Virus record (IMG/VR): IMGVR_UViG_3300002026_000029
Coordinates: 26,796-90,795 of that record
Source: a virus
Direction: 5' to 3' (one strand)
DNA: 64,000 bases
Below, piece after piece: positions 18,272-28,771 of this stretch (positions are counted from its first letter, which is position 1; every line of letters begins with the position of its first letter). The position numbers were made by a program, and so were the translations under genes. The notes under the pieces were generated by a model that had not been told where the DNA came from, did no database searches, and saw only the letters and a program-made list of their open reading frames with translations.

Positions 18272-19675
18272 TTATGCTAATTCATCTTTGTCATATGCAA
18301 CTATTCCAGCATCTAGAAAGAAGTGAATGTATTTGTCTGAGACAACATACTTACTATCATCAGCACTATTAGCTAAATCAACTAATTCTATTAGTTTACG
18401 TTCTGATCCAGCACCTTGTATAAATCCAGCCTTTCGTAGTTGATGGATACTCATTGAAGCGAAGCCACCTTGCTGTATGCTATGCATATAGTTAATAAAT
18501 AACTCATATGGTTCTTTATTTAATTCAACTTCAAAACTATCTAGATCATCAACAAAGAGCTCTATAAAGTTTATAGCTTCTATGAAGTTAGGTCCAGTCA
18601 TTACTGTAGAGCCTTCTAAGATAGCAAGAGCACCTGCAATCTTTAAGGCCGCCCATTGTCTATGCTGACGATGAAGTTTGGCTAGAGGAGCTAATGAAGA
18701 TATCTTATTAGATAAGATTTCATTGTAGTTCTTGTAATCCGAGAATAGATCTTCAACGTCGGTAGTAACTGTTAAGTCATCATGTGATGTTGTATGAACC
18801 AGTGATGTGAACCATGGTGTGAATGTACTAGCAACTTCCTTTACACGGATTGCTTCATCTCTGTCATATAGACGAGATTCTTCAATGGACGTGAATTGAG
18901 GGTCTTTAGCATCTTCTTTTGAGAAGCAGACTATTGAACGTCGTGCTAGTTTTGAGCTAGCCTCATCTAAGAACTTTTTCTTAACAGCTTCGTTGTAGAT
19001 AAAGCCATATGAGCTACCAAATAAAAGAGCACTAACTGGTAGATTGTGAACTGCTTCACCCTGACTCTCATCAGATTTTAAAGCTTTAACTGGTAGGCTA
19101 CCGGCATCGTATAGAATAGATAGCGCTGTAAGAAGCTCCATCAAATCTTTAGATGAAGCTAGCTCTGATGAGAGCTCATCAACATATAAAGTACCAGCAC
19201 CTAGTTCACCAGACTCTAAACCATTTAAGTGCTTAATCCAACCTGGAAGGGTTGAGATAGCAACTACTAAATCTCGTGGTTTAGAATAGAAATCTTTCCA
19301 TTTTGTAACTGGTTTCCCAGCATCCTCAGCAGCTTGCACTGCCATTAGTTTTGCATGGGCTATTCGATCTACATCAATTAGTTTGAGAGCTGGTGTTAGT
19401 ATGCTTTTTATAGCACTTAATGACCTTCCTTTACCTGAACCACTACCACCAATTAGTATGCTGATAGTGTTTATTGGTATAGATATTCCATGCCAGTTTA
19501 TATTCTTTCTTAAGTGACCTGCAAATGTAACTAGTTCACTTGCTGTCATTAAAGCTCTCATTTTAGGCTCAATATTACGTGATACTACCTTTTCAGCTGC
19601 CTCAAATACTTTTGGTAACTTAGGGTCTAAGCCTCCGGCAGCCTTTAGAGACTCTTCATACATAGTATGTTGCAT
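18272..19675 (-). CDS. P-loop NTPase, DUF3987-like (N-terminal half of N4 gp43-like protein)
   Basis: IPIN....GGSGSGKG, YVDELSSEL, LYDAG, LLFGS, LARR, ALKIAGALA. Confidence 0.75.
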   Translation of the reverse strand: MQHTMYEESLKAAGGLDPKLPKVFEAAEKVVSRNIEPKMRALMTASELVTFAGHLRKNINWHGISIPINTISILIGGSGSGKGRSLSAIKSILTPALKLIDVDRIAHAKLMAVQAAEDAGKPVTKWKDFYSKPRDLVVAISTLPGWIKHLNGLESGELGAGTLYVDELSSELASSKDLMELLTALSILYDAGSLPVKALKSDESQGEAVHNLPVSALLFGSSYGFIYNEAVKKKFLDEASSKLARRSIVCFSKEDAKDPQFTSIEESRLYDRDEAIRVKEVASTFTPWFTSLVHTTSHDDLTVTTDVEDLFSDYKNYNEILSNKISSLAPLAKLHRQHRQWAALKIAGALAILEGSTVMTGPNFIEAINFIELFVDDLDSFEVELNKEPYELFINYMHSIQQGGFASMSIHQLRKAGFIQGAGSERKLIELVDLANSADDSKYVVSDKYIHFFLDAGIVAYDKDELA

Positions 19676-19685
19676 ATGTGTTCCT

Positions 19686-20819
19686 TTAGTTTGATTGCTG
19701 ATTACGTACTAACGCTTGACTAACTGTATTTCTAGATATTTCACCATACTCTTTGTGTAGTGTAATGGATTTCATTGATTGTTTGCTACGGTAGCCTTGG
19801 CCTGTGTGCCATGCGTCTTTAGCTGTTAGGGTATTGAATGTTTCAACAACGCAGTTAGTAAATTCCTTCACTTGCTGGTGATGCACGTGACCTAAATAAA
19901 AGTAACGGTGTTCAGAAGCTGACCATTGATTCTTACAGTCTACTGACATAATCTCACCTAGTTTCTCCGCTTTAACAGTGTGACCATGCGTTATTCCAAT
20001 TAGGTTTTTACCAAATACATGGTACATAAACATTGATGGAGTATCGTGAACAATAACTCTAGGATCATTACGAAACCAAGCTTTAACAAAGCTAGTTACG
20101 TAGAGGCTTGAGTGGGCATTGTGATTACCAATTGCTGAACGCCAATGGACTACGTTATGTTTCTGTAGAGCTTTTTCAATAAGGGAGACAGCTATATCTA
20201 GACCAGCTTGAATAATCTTAGCAAATCTACTATCAACATCAACACGAGTACCTTTGGTAGTTGTGTTGTCTTGTGAGTCCATATGATAGAAGTCCCCTGT
20301 ATCAATGATAAAGGCTTCCTCTGATGGATGGGCTTGCTCTACTAAGAGATCAATAGCTGATAACAAGTCTGCAACACAGATGGTTGTATCATAGTCCTCA
20401 CCAGACTCGCGTCCCCAACTTAGAAGTCCTATATGGGCATCTCCAATAGCATAGATACTCATTGTCTGAGAATCTACTTTTGAAGGGCTAGTTATTACTT
20501 TAGTAGCAACTATTCTTGGGTTATCAATAAACTCGTTTACTGCAAGTTTAAAGGACTCAAGTTCATTTGCTTTTGACTTGTCTTCTTTTACCCATTGTAT
20601 TTTAATGTTACCATGTTCATCGTATAAGGTTGATGTGCCTTTTACACTGAGTGTGGTAGCTGATTTCTTTGTTAATGTAGTTAGACGTGCACTTAGTGCC
20701 TGACGTAACACATTAAATTTCCTAGCTATTGCAGCTATTGATACTCCGGCTCTGTACTGTACTAGTATTTCATCCCAGTTATCATCCATTATCTTAGTTG
20801 TATTTTTATTCTTACTCAT
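19686..20819 (-). CDS. Calcineurin-like metallophosphoesterase with N-terminal HTH
   Basis: GDAHIG, TGDFYH, GNHN, THGH, GHVHH, DAW...GY; N-terminal SIAAIARKFNV helix-turn-helix. Confidence 0.85.
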   Translation of the reverse strand: MSKNKNTTKIMDDNWDEILVQYRAGVSIAAIARKFNVLRQALSARLTTLTKKSATTLSVKGTSTLYDEHGNIKIQWVKEDKSKANELESFKLAVNEFIDNPRIVATKVITSPSKVDSQTMSIYAIGDAHIGLLSWGRESGEDYDTTICVADLLSAIDLLVEQAHPSEEAFIIDTGDFYHMDSQDNTTTKGTRVDVDSRFAKIIQAGLDIAVSLIEKALQKHNVVHWRSAIGNHNAHSSLYVTSFVKAWFRNDPRVIVHDTPSMFMYHVFGKNLIGITHGHTVKAEKLGEIMSVDCKNQWSASEHRYFYLGHVHHQQVKEFTNCVVETFNTLTAKDAWHTGQGYRSKQSMKSITLHKEYGEISRNTVSQALVRNQQSN

Positions 20820-21109
20820 GTCGTTCCTTGTGTTGAAGTTACCACGTTATCTAGGGTAACTTTATTAATAAAATTAGCTGTTGATACAAAATCAGCAGAG
20901 ATACGAGTTGTGCTGCGGTAGTTAGCTATTAGCTTAGTAGTTAGTGGTCTGTACAGTTCACAGTATACAAATAATGGCTGTGTAAAATCTCTACGCATGT
21001 AATTATCCCAAAAGGATTTATTAACTGTTTTCATTACTTTTTTTACTGTATGCACTGACGTTTCCCTATTAATAAGATTTATTAGTATTGCTATTTCAAA
21101 AGCTGTCAT
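20816..21109 (-). CDS. Hypothetical protein, MTxFEY-leader family
   Basis: Begins MTAFEIAI. Confidence 0.55.
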   Translation of the reverse strand: MTAFEIAILINLINRETSVHTVKKVMKTVNKSFWDNYMRRDFTQPLFVYCELYRPLTTKLIANYRSTTRISADFVSTANFINKVTLDNVVTSTQGTT

Positions 21110-21136
21110 TATTATTCCTAGACTTGTAGTATATGA

Positions 21137-22570
21137 TTAATGTGTTTCTGCCCATGAGTGTCCAACACTGAAGTCCGCTTCTATCCGTATATTCATGTTA
21201 AACTGTTCTTGTATCATATTACAGCCCTCAACCATAATATTGCCTAGTTTATTTGCAAATGGTATTACGACGCTGCATTGATACTCATCATGTACAAATG
21301 CATTCTGTACCCAGAGACCACCATGTTTAAATCCTACGGAATTGGCAAGGGAATGGTAGTTAACCATCCATTTCTTTGCAATAATTCCAGCTGACCCTTG
21401 AAGTAGTAGGTTTAATGCAGAATGTGGCGACCTAGACGTTAGCTCACGTCCGTCAATGGCAGTTATAGATCCTTTTTCTTTAGACTGTTTTTGACAGTCT
21501 TTTATTAGCTCATTTATACCTGTTAGATTTTTAAGGAATGTATTAGCTACTTGTTCTCCGTAAATTGTTTCGTACACTAGACGCTCTGTGTACAGTACGT
21601 ATTGATTTTTCCTGAGAGGGAAGTATTTGGTGTCTCCAATTGTTACAAGCCGTTTCTCAATCTTTTTCTTTGCTGTTGTATACTCTTTAGTTGTAAAGGA
21701 TAACAGTAAGTGAGGGGCATTTGGCTTAAGTTCAATACCGGTTTCCGTTGTTGTAGTATTAGTCCAGTGAATTTCTAATTTAGACGTAAGTATATTACCT
21801 CTAATTGAGCTTCCTTGACCATATAGGTAGCCGAAAAAGAAAGATTTACTAGCAGTTCTAGCTGTTTTCATGTCTTTAGTAGCGGTTTTCTCGTCCCACT
21901 CTCTATCGTCTAGTGTCCAGAAACCAGCAAGCTTTGCATGGTAGAAATGAAGATCCTTAGATAGGGCTATATTAGCATACTTACCACCATCATAGGGAGC
22001 TAAGTAATGTGCTAATACACGTATCTCGATATTCTTTAAGTCTGCCCCTACCATAACCATACCAGGTGGAGCACAGAATACTTCTCGATGGCGTTTGTCC
22101 TTACTGACTTGTGCAAGATTTGGCTTACTATGCGTAGCTCTATGTGTTGTAGCACCAATTAAGTCCACGCGGTGATGAATAGAATGAGTAGCTGGATTAA
22201 AGTATCGTAACCAACCACCTTTTTCACCACCAATCTGGGATTGATCTTTTATTACTTTTAGGTACCGTTTAAGTAATTGTCCAGATGGGTGTTCCATTTC
22301 TTCTAGAGATTCAACATCAGCTTTCTTGTTACCATTTTTAGTATAGTAAGGGAATACAAAGTTGTAATCCTCTTCCATCCACTGTATGATATTATCACGG
22401 GATCCAGGACTAAACGCTTCATAGCTTATTGACTGATATTGCCCATGTCGCGTTACTACTATTGTACTCATAGGAGTGCTGAACCACTTAATCTTTTTAA
22501 CACCAATTAATTTTTTAGTTCCATTAGCATAGGTTTTCTGAATTGGTATTGTGTATGGTGCAAGAATCAT
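21137..22570 (-). CDS. DNA polymerase family A (T7-like), polymerase half of a split gene
   Basis: FSPGSR, GATTHRATHSKPNLAQV, GADLKNIEIRVLAHY (motif A), RTASKSFFFGYLYG (motif B), ALNLLLQ, VHDEYQ (motif C), WAETH. Confidence 0.93.
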   Translation of the reverse strand: MILAPYTIPIQKTYANGTKKLIGVKKIKWFSTPMSTIVVTRHGQYQSISYEAFSPGSRDNIIQWMEEDYNFVFPYYTKNGNKKADVESLEEMEHPSGQLLKRYLKVIKDQSQIGGEKGGWLRYFNPATHSIHHRVDLIGATTHRATHSKPNLAQVSKDKRHREVFCAPPGMVMVGADLKNIEIRVLAHYLAPYDGGKYANIALSKDLHFYHAKLAGFWTLDDREWDEKTATKDMKTARTASKSFFFGYLYGQGSSIRGNILTSKLEIHWTNTTTTETGIELKPNAPHLLLSFTTKEYTTAKKKIEKRLVTIGDTKYFPLRKNQYVLYTERLVYETIYGEQVANTFLKNLTGINELIKDCQKQSKEKGSITAIDGRELTSRSPHSALNLLLQGSAGIIAKKWMVNYHSLANSVGFKHGGLWVQNAFVHDEYQCSVVIPFANKLGNIMVEGCNMIQEQFNMNIRIEADFSVGHSWAETH

Positions 22571-22572
22571 AA

Positions 22573-23280
22573 TCAGCTACTGGTAGGCTTTTGACTTAAT
22601 ACTCGCTGGTGTACTGTAAGTGTATTAGTCAAAGCATTTTGCATTATAGTAATTGCGTCTGATGCTCCAGCCTCTAGTGTATCTAAGAGTGTCATCTCAG
22701 CATCGTTATAAAGGATGTCTAAATACTCTTCTAGTATTGTATACGTGGTTGTGATTGGTAATGAACGTTTCATTTCCTCAACCTGTAGTACCATAGTTAG
22801 TTTACTTGCTGATTTAATCTTTGCTTGACTTAAAATACTATTATGAAATGCATCAGTATACATTCTATGAATAATTTCAAATGGATGGGTATTTGCCCCC
22901 ACTATCCGAGCAAAGCGCTTAATAATATCACCATTATTATTAGGAAAATCAATATAATTCACATACTCAAATATATTTAATATATCACTATGAGTGCTTG
23001 ATCCGTTAGTGGTAATGTACACCAGTAGTTTATGATGGATGTCTATATTTGTCTTGTGAATGTATTCTGGAACAATAGTAGAACTTGTAGAGAGGCGATG
23101 TAGAGCAAATGTAAAACATTTGTAAGTATTTATTATTACTTCTTTATTATTATTAGTAATATCTTTCCATCTGTAACTAGCTAATATCCGTTCTAACTTT
23201 CGCACTGTATGATCTAAGGATTTAAATGTTTTAGTTTTAGTTATTTCTTTGATTGATATTGCGTATTCAAAGTTTGTCAT
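22573..23280 (-). CDS. Hypothetical protein, MTxFEY-leader family
   Basis: Begins MTNFEYAI. Confidence 0.6.
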   Translation of the reverse strand: MTNFEYAISIKEITKTKTFKSLDHTVRKLERILASYRWKDITNNNKEVIINTYKCFTFALHRLSTSSTIVPEYIHKTNIDIHHKLLVYITTNGSSTHSDILNIFEYVNYIDFPNNNGDIIKRFARIVGANTHPFEIIHRMYTDAFHNSILSQAKIKSASKLTMVLQVEEMKRSLPITTTYTILEEYLDILYNDAEMTLLDTLEAGASDAITIMQNALTNTLTVHQRVLSQKPTSS

Positions 23281-23626
23281 TGATAGTCCTTGTTATTATA
23301 AATGCTGCAACAGATGGATGCATCCATGGTGCGAGTATTGCCCTCTCAAATGCGGTACTGGTTAAGTTAAGCTCTGCACCTACTAAGGCTTTGTAGTCTT
23401 CTTTATCAAGTTCAGTCATGTATGTTAGTAGTGCTTGGTTAACAAGTCTTCTTCGACGTAATGGAATAATCGTAGAAGGATGAAGTTTTAGCAGAAAACA
23501 TAAGGCTTTAAGTGAGTAGAGATCTAAGCTGTGTTCTGTTAGTGTGTATACAAGAGAGTTCACGCTAGCTTTAGTTGTCAGTTTACTTATGGTTATTTTG
23601 TGGATAGAGTATTCAAATTCAGTCAT
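23267..23626 (-). CDS. Hypothetical protein, MTxFEY-leader family
   Basis: Begins MTEFEYSI. Confidence 0.6.
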   Translation of the reverse strand: MTEFEYSIHKITISKLTTKASVNSLVYTLTEHSLDLYSLKALCFLLKLHPSTIIPLRRRRLVNQALLTYMTELDKEDYKALVGAELNLTSTAFERAILAPWMHPSVAAFIITRTINDKL

Positions 23627-23635
23627 TTATATCCT

Positions 23636-25096
23636 TTACATAATTGATATGTTTGTACCTAGTACATGCATTGGGTTACTTCTAGTGGATACCCAATAGT
23701 TAGTAATACGCTTCATTATTGGGTAGTTATTAAATACCTGCTCAATGTCTGAGTCGTTATCCGAAAAACTCATGTAGATAGTTTGTGAGGTATCTTTTAT
23801 CTTTAAGCTTTCAATATGGTTAAATACACATGCATGACTAGTACCACCTGATGTGTACCTAGTTGCTAAGGCCTGTGTAAACAGAGGACTTTTACTAATG
23901 TCATACTCATTTTGTATGTCAAAAGCATGAATTATTTTAGTATCATGTATGAGAACCGTTAATTTAGATATACGTTTAGACTCTGATTCAATTAGGTATA
24001 GTAAGCGTTGTAAGTCAGTTTTACTCATTGAGCCACTATGGTCAATAGATAATATTATTGCTACTTTATCATCAATAAATATCTTCTTTGGAGCTTTATA
24101 GATATGACGGTACGTACTGTTTAGGTTAGCCCAAGTAGACATATAGTTATGTGTCTTATAGAATACTTTTTTCTTAAATGAAGCCTTTATACGTTTAAAC
24201 CATCCTGTTTCAACTTTAATAGATGTAAATAAGTCTTCAAAGAGCTTACCTGTTGCAGTACCACGAGTGTTGTTTTGAATAATCTCACTGAGAGTTTCAG
24301 CAAGAGTTGCTAGAGCGTTATCTGCATCGTCGGTGGACGTAGTACACTTATCGCTAGTAGCTGTTCCATCAATAGCTTCCGCCATAGATGCTGTAGCTGA
24401 TTTTGCAGCAGTTGGTTGTAGAGAGTCTTTACCATTGCATGACACAGAGCTCATAGTATCAGAGACTGGCTCGGTAGTAGTAGATGTATTACTTGATATC
24501 ATCAATTTTAGTATTTCGATATCTGATAATTTATCGGCATGATACTTTGAATTATACATGCTTAAAGCTTCAATCTCAGGCCATTTATTACGTGCGCTTT
24601 CATGTCCAGTAAGGAAGATATCTTTCAAGCTGTAATTGATAGCGTAGTCTTCAGCTACATTAATTATATGATGTGGATTTTCTATTGCACCAGCAATTCT
24701 AGTCATCATATTTTCATAAGCTGATGTATTATGTTTACGTAGGATGTGTTGTAGTTCATGTAGGTATACAAAGCCAAGAAAGATACCATGGTTGGACAGA
24801 GCTTTATAAATGGCTGTTAAGTCTTTTTCTGTGTAGTACACAAAGGTAAAATTTACTACAGTTGCTGCACCCATCTCAACATGGGCACCAAAGTATTTGC
24901 TAAATGATATTAAGCTTTTATCTAGCTTAGGTAGTGGTGCTAGGGCTTTGCTTATAGTTACAATAATTGGTAGTTTTAAGAATAGACCTACACTGAGAAT
25001 AGCTGTCTTATCCTTACCTAGGGCAAGGTTAGTACTTTTAGCCACTTCTTTGTAGATATAGTTTTCAGCATCGTGAATAAATTCTTGTGGTGTCAT
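23636..25096 (-). CDS. Metallopeptidase-like/vWA-domain protein (N4 gp25-like)
   Basis: HELQH zincin motif, N.A.D..IN, DHSGSMS MIDAS, GGT, SD. Confidence 0.8.
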   Translation of the reverse strand: MTPQEFIHDAENYIYKEVAKSTNLALGKDKTAILSVGLFLKLPIIVTISKALAPLPKLDKSLISFSKYFGAHVEMGAATVVNFTFVYYTEKDLTAIYKALSNHGIFLGFVYLHELQHILRKHNTSAYENMMTRIAGAIENPHHIINVAEDYAINYSLKDIFLTGHESARNKWPEIEALSMYNSKYHADKLSDIEILKLMISSNTSTTTEPVSDTMSSVSCNGKDSLQPTAAKSATASMAEAIDGTATSDKCTTSTDDADNALATLAETLSEIIQNNTRGTATGKLFEDLFTSIKVETGWFKRIKASFKKKVFYKTHNYMSTWANLNSTYRHIYKAPKKIFIDDKVAIILSIDHSGSMSKTDLQRLLYLIESESKRISKLTVLIHDTKIIHAFDIQNEYDISKSPLFTQALATRYTSGGTSHACVFNHIESLKIKDTSQTIYMSFSDNDSDIEQVFNNYPIMKRITNYWVSTRSNPMHVLGTNISIM

Positions 25097-25113
25097 AATA
25101 TAGTTCCTTGATG

Positions 25114-25353
25114 TTATTGTGGTTCATGAAAACCATGAATAATATTGTGGTTCATGAAAAACATGAATAATATTGTGGATGGGGCACGAAGTAGTGGTGA
25201 TCTCGAAATGTAGGCATATAGTTGGTGTTGAAGTTTTATGTGGGTAGTAGAGTTTTTAGTTAGCACAGTTGTGTATAATTCTAATTGTTCTACAGTAAGA
25301 GGTTGTTTACTTTGGATGCATTGTTCCATTATTCTGTATTCAAATGCATCCAT
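25114..25353 (-). CDS. Hypothetical protein, MTxFEY-leader family
   Basis: Begins MDAFEYRI; 3' end contains a 28-bp tandem duplication. Confidence 0.5.
   Translation of the reverse strand: MDAFEYRIMEQCIQSKQPLTVEQLELYTTVLTKNSTTHIKLQHQLYAYISRSPLLRAPSTILFMFFMNHNIIHGFHEPQ
25116..25178. repeat. 28-bp tandem duplication (attgtggttcatgaaaa[c/a]catgaataat x2)
   Basis: Seen directly; one mismatch between copies. Confidence 0.8.
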
Positions 25354-25381
25354 TGTGTAGCCTTAGTATTGTTGTGTGGTA

Positions 25382-26581
25382 TTATTTACCAATAAAGTCT
25401 GCCGCTATTGCAAAGAATTTGTCACTATCTGCAAACTCTATAGCGTCCCATAACTTCTTATCTTTAGCACTTAGATTAGGGTAGTAAAGTGGATCACGTG
25501 GTGTACCAAGTATCTTATCAACTATAGTTGACACACCCACTGAGATTACTTTATTATTTGCACGGGCATTTGCCTTTGCATGTAGTTCACCAACTAAGAA
25601 TCCTATAAAGTTACTTGATGTTATATTAGCATCTATTAGTCCGACTACGTAGGCAGCATCTTCAACTGTGTCACAGTAGTTAATGATGTAAGCATAGAGG
25701 ATTTGGTCTATTGGTTTTAGTGAGGCAATGTTAATAGTTTCTTTCGCTTTTATCTTTGCTACAAAGTTAATCTTTTCAATGTACTCAATATGACGAGCTA
25801 GCTCAGCTGATGCTGCGTTAGATACTTTTTGTTTTGCAATGAAGAGACAGTTCTCTTGAATAAATGATTTGTCGTATAAGTCAAATTCATTTGCTAAATG
25901 TGTCCATGATCTCGGTGTGCCAAACTGTTCAATCATAGTAGATTCTTCTTCTTGAACATACGTTGAATGGGCTTTTAAGAATGAGCTAATATAAAAATGT
26001 AGTCCTCTACCAAAGTTATCATACCAGTAGTTGAAATCAAATGGAACTGGAAGAATACCAATACGGTCTTTGATTGGAGAGTCAATACCTGAGAAGCCTG
26101 CTTCATCAGAGTCATTCATTGCTCCCATAATGGCTACACGTGGATCTAGTCTATATGAACCTAACTTACGTTCACCAAGGAGTCCATAAAGGTAAGGAGC
26201 TACTGCCATGTTTACACGGTGTAGGTCATCAAGGAATAGGATACAGCCAGCCTTCCCGTCTTCAGTTGCTAGTCGATTAGCATTCTCAATAATTTGAGGT
26301 ACTGACCATACTGTAGCTTCAGAATTGACTGCACCAGTTGTTGAGTATTTATCCATATGATGTGCTGAGACGAAGTTTGGTAAGCCAGAAAGTTCTTCAG
26401 TTGCAAGTTCAGGTAATGATACCTGAATGATGTGCATGTTAAGGTCTTTAGCGATAGCTTTCATAGTTGCTGTTTTACCAATTCCTGGGGCTCCAGCAAT
26501 ACAGATTCCACCACCAATGTCATGTCCACGTAGTTGCCCTAATATGTTTGTTGTAAGTATTATATTTGTTATTGGGTTCAT
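25382..26581 (-). CDS. MoxR-like AAA+ ATPase (N4 gp24-like)
   Basis: GAPGIGKT, LSGLP, ILFLDDLHR, GAMN, DR, TPRSW; next to the vWA gene. Confidence 0.85.
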   Translation of the reverse strand: MNPITNIILTTNILGQLRGHDIGGGICIAGAPGIGKTATMKAIAKDLNMHIIQVSLPELATEELSGLPNFVSAHHMDKYSTTGAVNSEATVWSVPQIIENANRLATEDGKAGCILFLDDLHRVNMAVAPYLYGLLGERKLGSYRLDPRVAIMGAMNDSDEAGFSGIDSPIKDRIGILPVPFDFNYWYDNFGRGLHFYISSFLKAHSTYVQEEESTMIEQFGTPRSWTHLANEFDLYDKSFIQENCLFIAKQKVSNAASAELARHIEYIEKINFVAKIKAKETINIASLKPIDQILYAYIINYCDTVEDAAYVVGLIDANITSSNFIGFLVGELHAKANARANNKVISVGVSTIVDKILGTPRDPLYYPNLSAKDKKLWDAIEFADSDKFFAIAADFIGK

Positions 26582-26582
26582 T

Positions 26583-27659
26583 TTAATCCTTTAAATTAAG
26601 TAGTATAGCGTTTATTGCTTGAGTTGCACAGACAGCGTCAGAGTTACCTACAGTAGTTTTAACAAGATCTTTATTACGTTCAAGTTCCTCATGTAGTTGT
26701 TTTATAACCAAATCAAAATTTACAGCATGAGCAGGGTAGCGTAAGCGTGATGCTTCTAATACGGCTAATTTATCAAGAGTGAAATAGACATCTGATATCT
26801 TCCACTCAGACTTACGCTCTATAGTTGTAACGTATGTATAGTCGTCACTATGGGTTAAGTAGTAGGAGTGTTGATAAAGTGGTATCCTATTAATACGTGC
26901 ATAAGACGTTATAAAGTAATTATCCATGAGTATATAGGAATTTTTAGCTGGAATCATGTTAAGGGCACTGGTATTAGTGTACATGCTAAGAATAGAAATT
27001 GATGCATTAGGATTGCATAATTCAGGCATACGTGTGGTTACAAATTCAACTAGCTTTTGAGACTTAACTGGTGTTGCATTCCAAATTACAGTAACATATC
27101 TAATGTAAATACTATGAAGTGCTGTAAGTTTTTGTAACTTACCTAAGTAGCGTAGAGCGTTAGCACTTGTTAAGGGCTTTTTTAGGGCTTGAATATATTT
27201 AGTGAATACAGCTAACGAAAATTCTGTTTGTTCCATACTGATAGTAATGGCTTCGTCTAACTTTAACATACTACGGCGCTTACGTTCTACTTCGTAAAAC
27301 TTATGTGGTGTTATTTTCTTAAGTACAGGTAGTGAAAGTAATGATGTTACTTTTACTCTATCTTGGGCAACACTAAATAGGTGTCCAAAGCGTGATTTGA
27401 TAGTTTGTACGATGTTATCTCTGTCATATCCAAAATTATATAACATTTTATATGATGATGATTGAGTGAATAGTACAAAGGCCTTAATAATTGGTTCTTC
27501 TTTCATGAATATAGCCTGCACATCATCAGGTATTATAGCATAAGCACCATACTTAGTGTGAATGGTGTTAAGTTTATCCTGCACTTTAGTATTAGTATTT
27601 AGTTCATGGATGTACTCTTCTAATGTACAAGTATTATCATCTAATGTTGATAGTGGCAT
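26583..27659 (-). CDS. Hypothetical protein
   Basis: 358-aa ORF with AAGGA RBS. Confidence 0.65.
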   Translation of the reverse strand: MPLSTLDDNTCTLEEYIHELNTNTKVQDKLNTIHTKYGAYAIIPDDVQAIFMKEEPIIKAFVLFTQSSSYKMLYNFGYDRDNIVQTIKSRFGHLFSVAQDRVKVTSLLSLPVLKKITPHKFYEVERKRRSMLKLDEAITISMEQTEFSLAVFTKYIQALKKPLTSANALRYLGKLQKLTALHSIYIRYVTVIWNATPVKSQKLVEFVTTRMPELCNPNASISILSMYTNTSALNMIPAKNSYILMDNYFITSYARINRIPLYQHSYYLTHSDDYTYVTTIERKSEWKISDVYFTLDKLAVLEASRLRYPAHAVNFDLVIKQLHEELERNKDLVKTTVGNSDAVCATQAINAILLNLKD

Positions 27660-27722
27660 AGATAATTCCTTAATTTAAAATAATATAATTCTACTAATAG
27701 TGTTATACTATTGTAATTGTTA

Positions 27723-27753
27723 AACTATACAGCTAATCATATAGCTGTATAGT
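27723..27753. terminator. Long intergenic hairpin (aactatacagcta-loop-tagctgtatagtt), terminator or processing site
   Basis: 13-bp perfect stem. Confidence 0.45.
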
Positions 27754-27795
27754 TACTAGGTAATATTTCCACTTGGTCTTTATACCTTATTTATA

Positions 27796-28101
27796 TTAAC
27801 GATATATTTGACCGCGTAGAGTAATAGTTCCATCAATATTTATCGTTGGTGTTTCCCATGCTTTCTCAGCTGCTGTCTTAGCCCAATGTGCTTTGTTTGC
27901 TGCCGTTAGGTTTTGACGTGTACCACGCTGTACTCTTGCTATACCAGCCCATCTGTGTACAGTACTCTCTGAGATATTGTAGTCTGATGCGATTGTTCGC
28001 GCTGATTTAGTTACAACTGTTTTGTATGCTTCTACAACTGCATTATGTAACTCTAATGGGTATACATTTCCGTTTTTAATCTTTCTTAATTTATTTCTCA
28101 T
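27796..28101 (-). CDS. HTH DNA-binding protein
   Basis: SARTIASDYNISESTVHRW helix-turn-helix. Confidence 0.7.
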   Translation of the reverse strand: MRNKLRKIKNGNVYPLELHNAVVEAYKTVVTKSARTIASDYNISESTVHRWAGIARVQRGTRQNLTAANKAHWAKTAAEKAWETPTINIDGTITLRGQIYR

Positions 28102-28771
28102 TGTTAATCCTTTTATTTAGTTCAATTATGATTGGAGCATTCACTAATTGGTATGAATCATTTAGTAGAGATGCACAGACATTTAATACAGACTCATGTA
28201 CACGTTTACCGTAGGCTTCATGGATATGCCCTGATATATGTACATCTAATTTACGTAGTAACTTCTTCCGTTTAGCTAGTGATCGTGAACCAACATGTGG
28301 ATCACACCCAAAAGCATTTTTTACTTTGTCATGGCACTTATAAGCAGGGCCGTGAGTGATTAGTATATTTGTGTCTAATGGGATACGTTCCCATAACTTT
28401 GCAAGTTCATCATCACTACTCATGAATGCCCAGTTGTAAAACTCATTTGAGTAAGGTGAACCATAGAATTTTATTCCATCAACTACTACACTTGAGTCTT
28501 GTAGATAAGTTATTGTATGGTATTGACTAAGAAGTGCTCTGAATTCTACAGGGTAGTCTTCAACTTGTACCTCATGGTTACCTGCTATTATTATCTTATG
28601 TTTAAATGGTTGTAAGATAAGCCAGTCAAAGAAGTCTTTTGTTTCTAGTAGTCCAAGATCATCACCACGTGTCCAGTCTCCGGCATGAACTAGAACATCA
28701 GCTTTATAGGGCCGAAGGTCTAATTGAGTATGTCTTCCGTGAGTGTCACTAATACAGCATATTTGTAGCAT
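28091..28771 (-). CDS. Metallophosphoesterase (MPPED/239FB-like)
   Basis: SDTH, HAGD, AGNHE, ITHGP, GHIHE. Confidence 0.9.
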   Translation of the reverse strand: MLQICCISDTHGRHTQLDLRPYKADVLVHAGDWTRGDDLGLLETKDFFDWLILQPFKHKIIIAGNHEVQVEDYPVEFRALLSQYHTITYLQDSSVVVDGIKFYGSPYSNEFYNWAFMSSDDELAKLWERIPLDTNILITHGPAYKCHDKVKNAFGCDPHVGSRSLAKRKKLLRKLDVHISGHIHEAYGKRVHESVLNVCASLLNDSYQLVNAPIIIELNKRINNEK

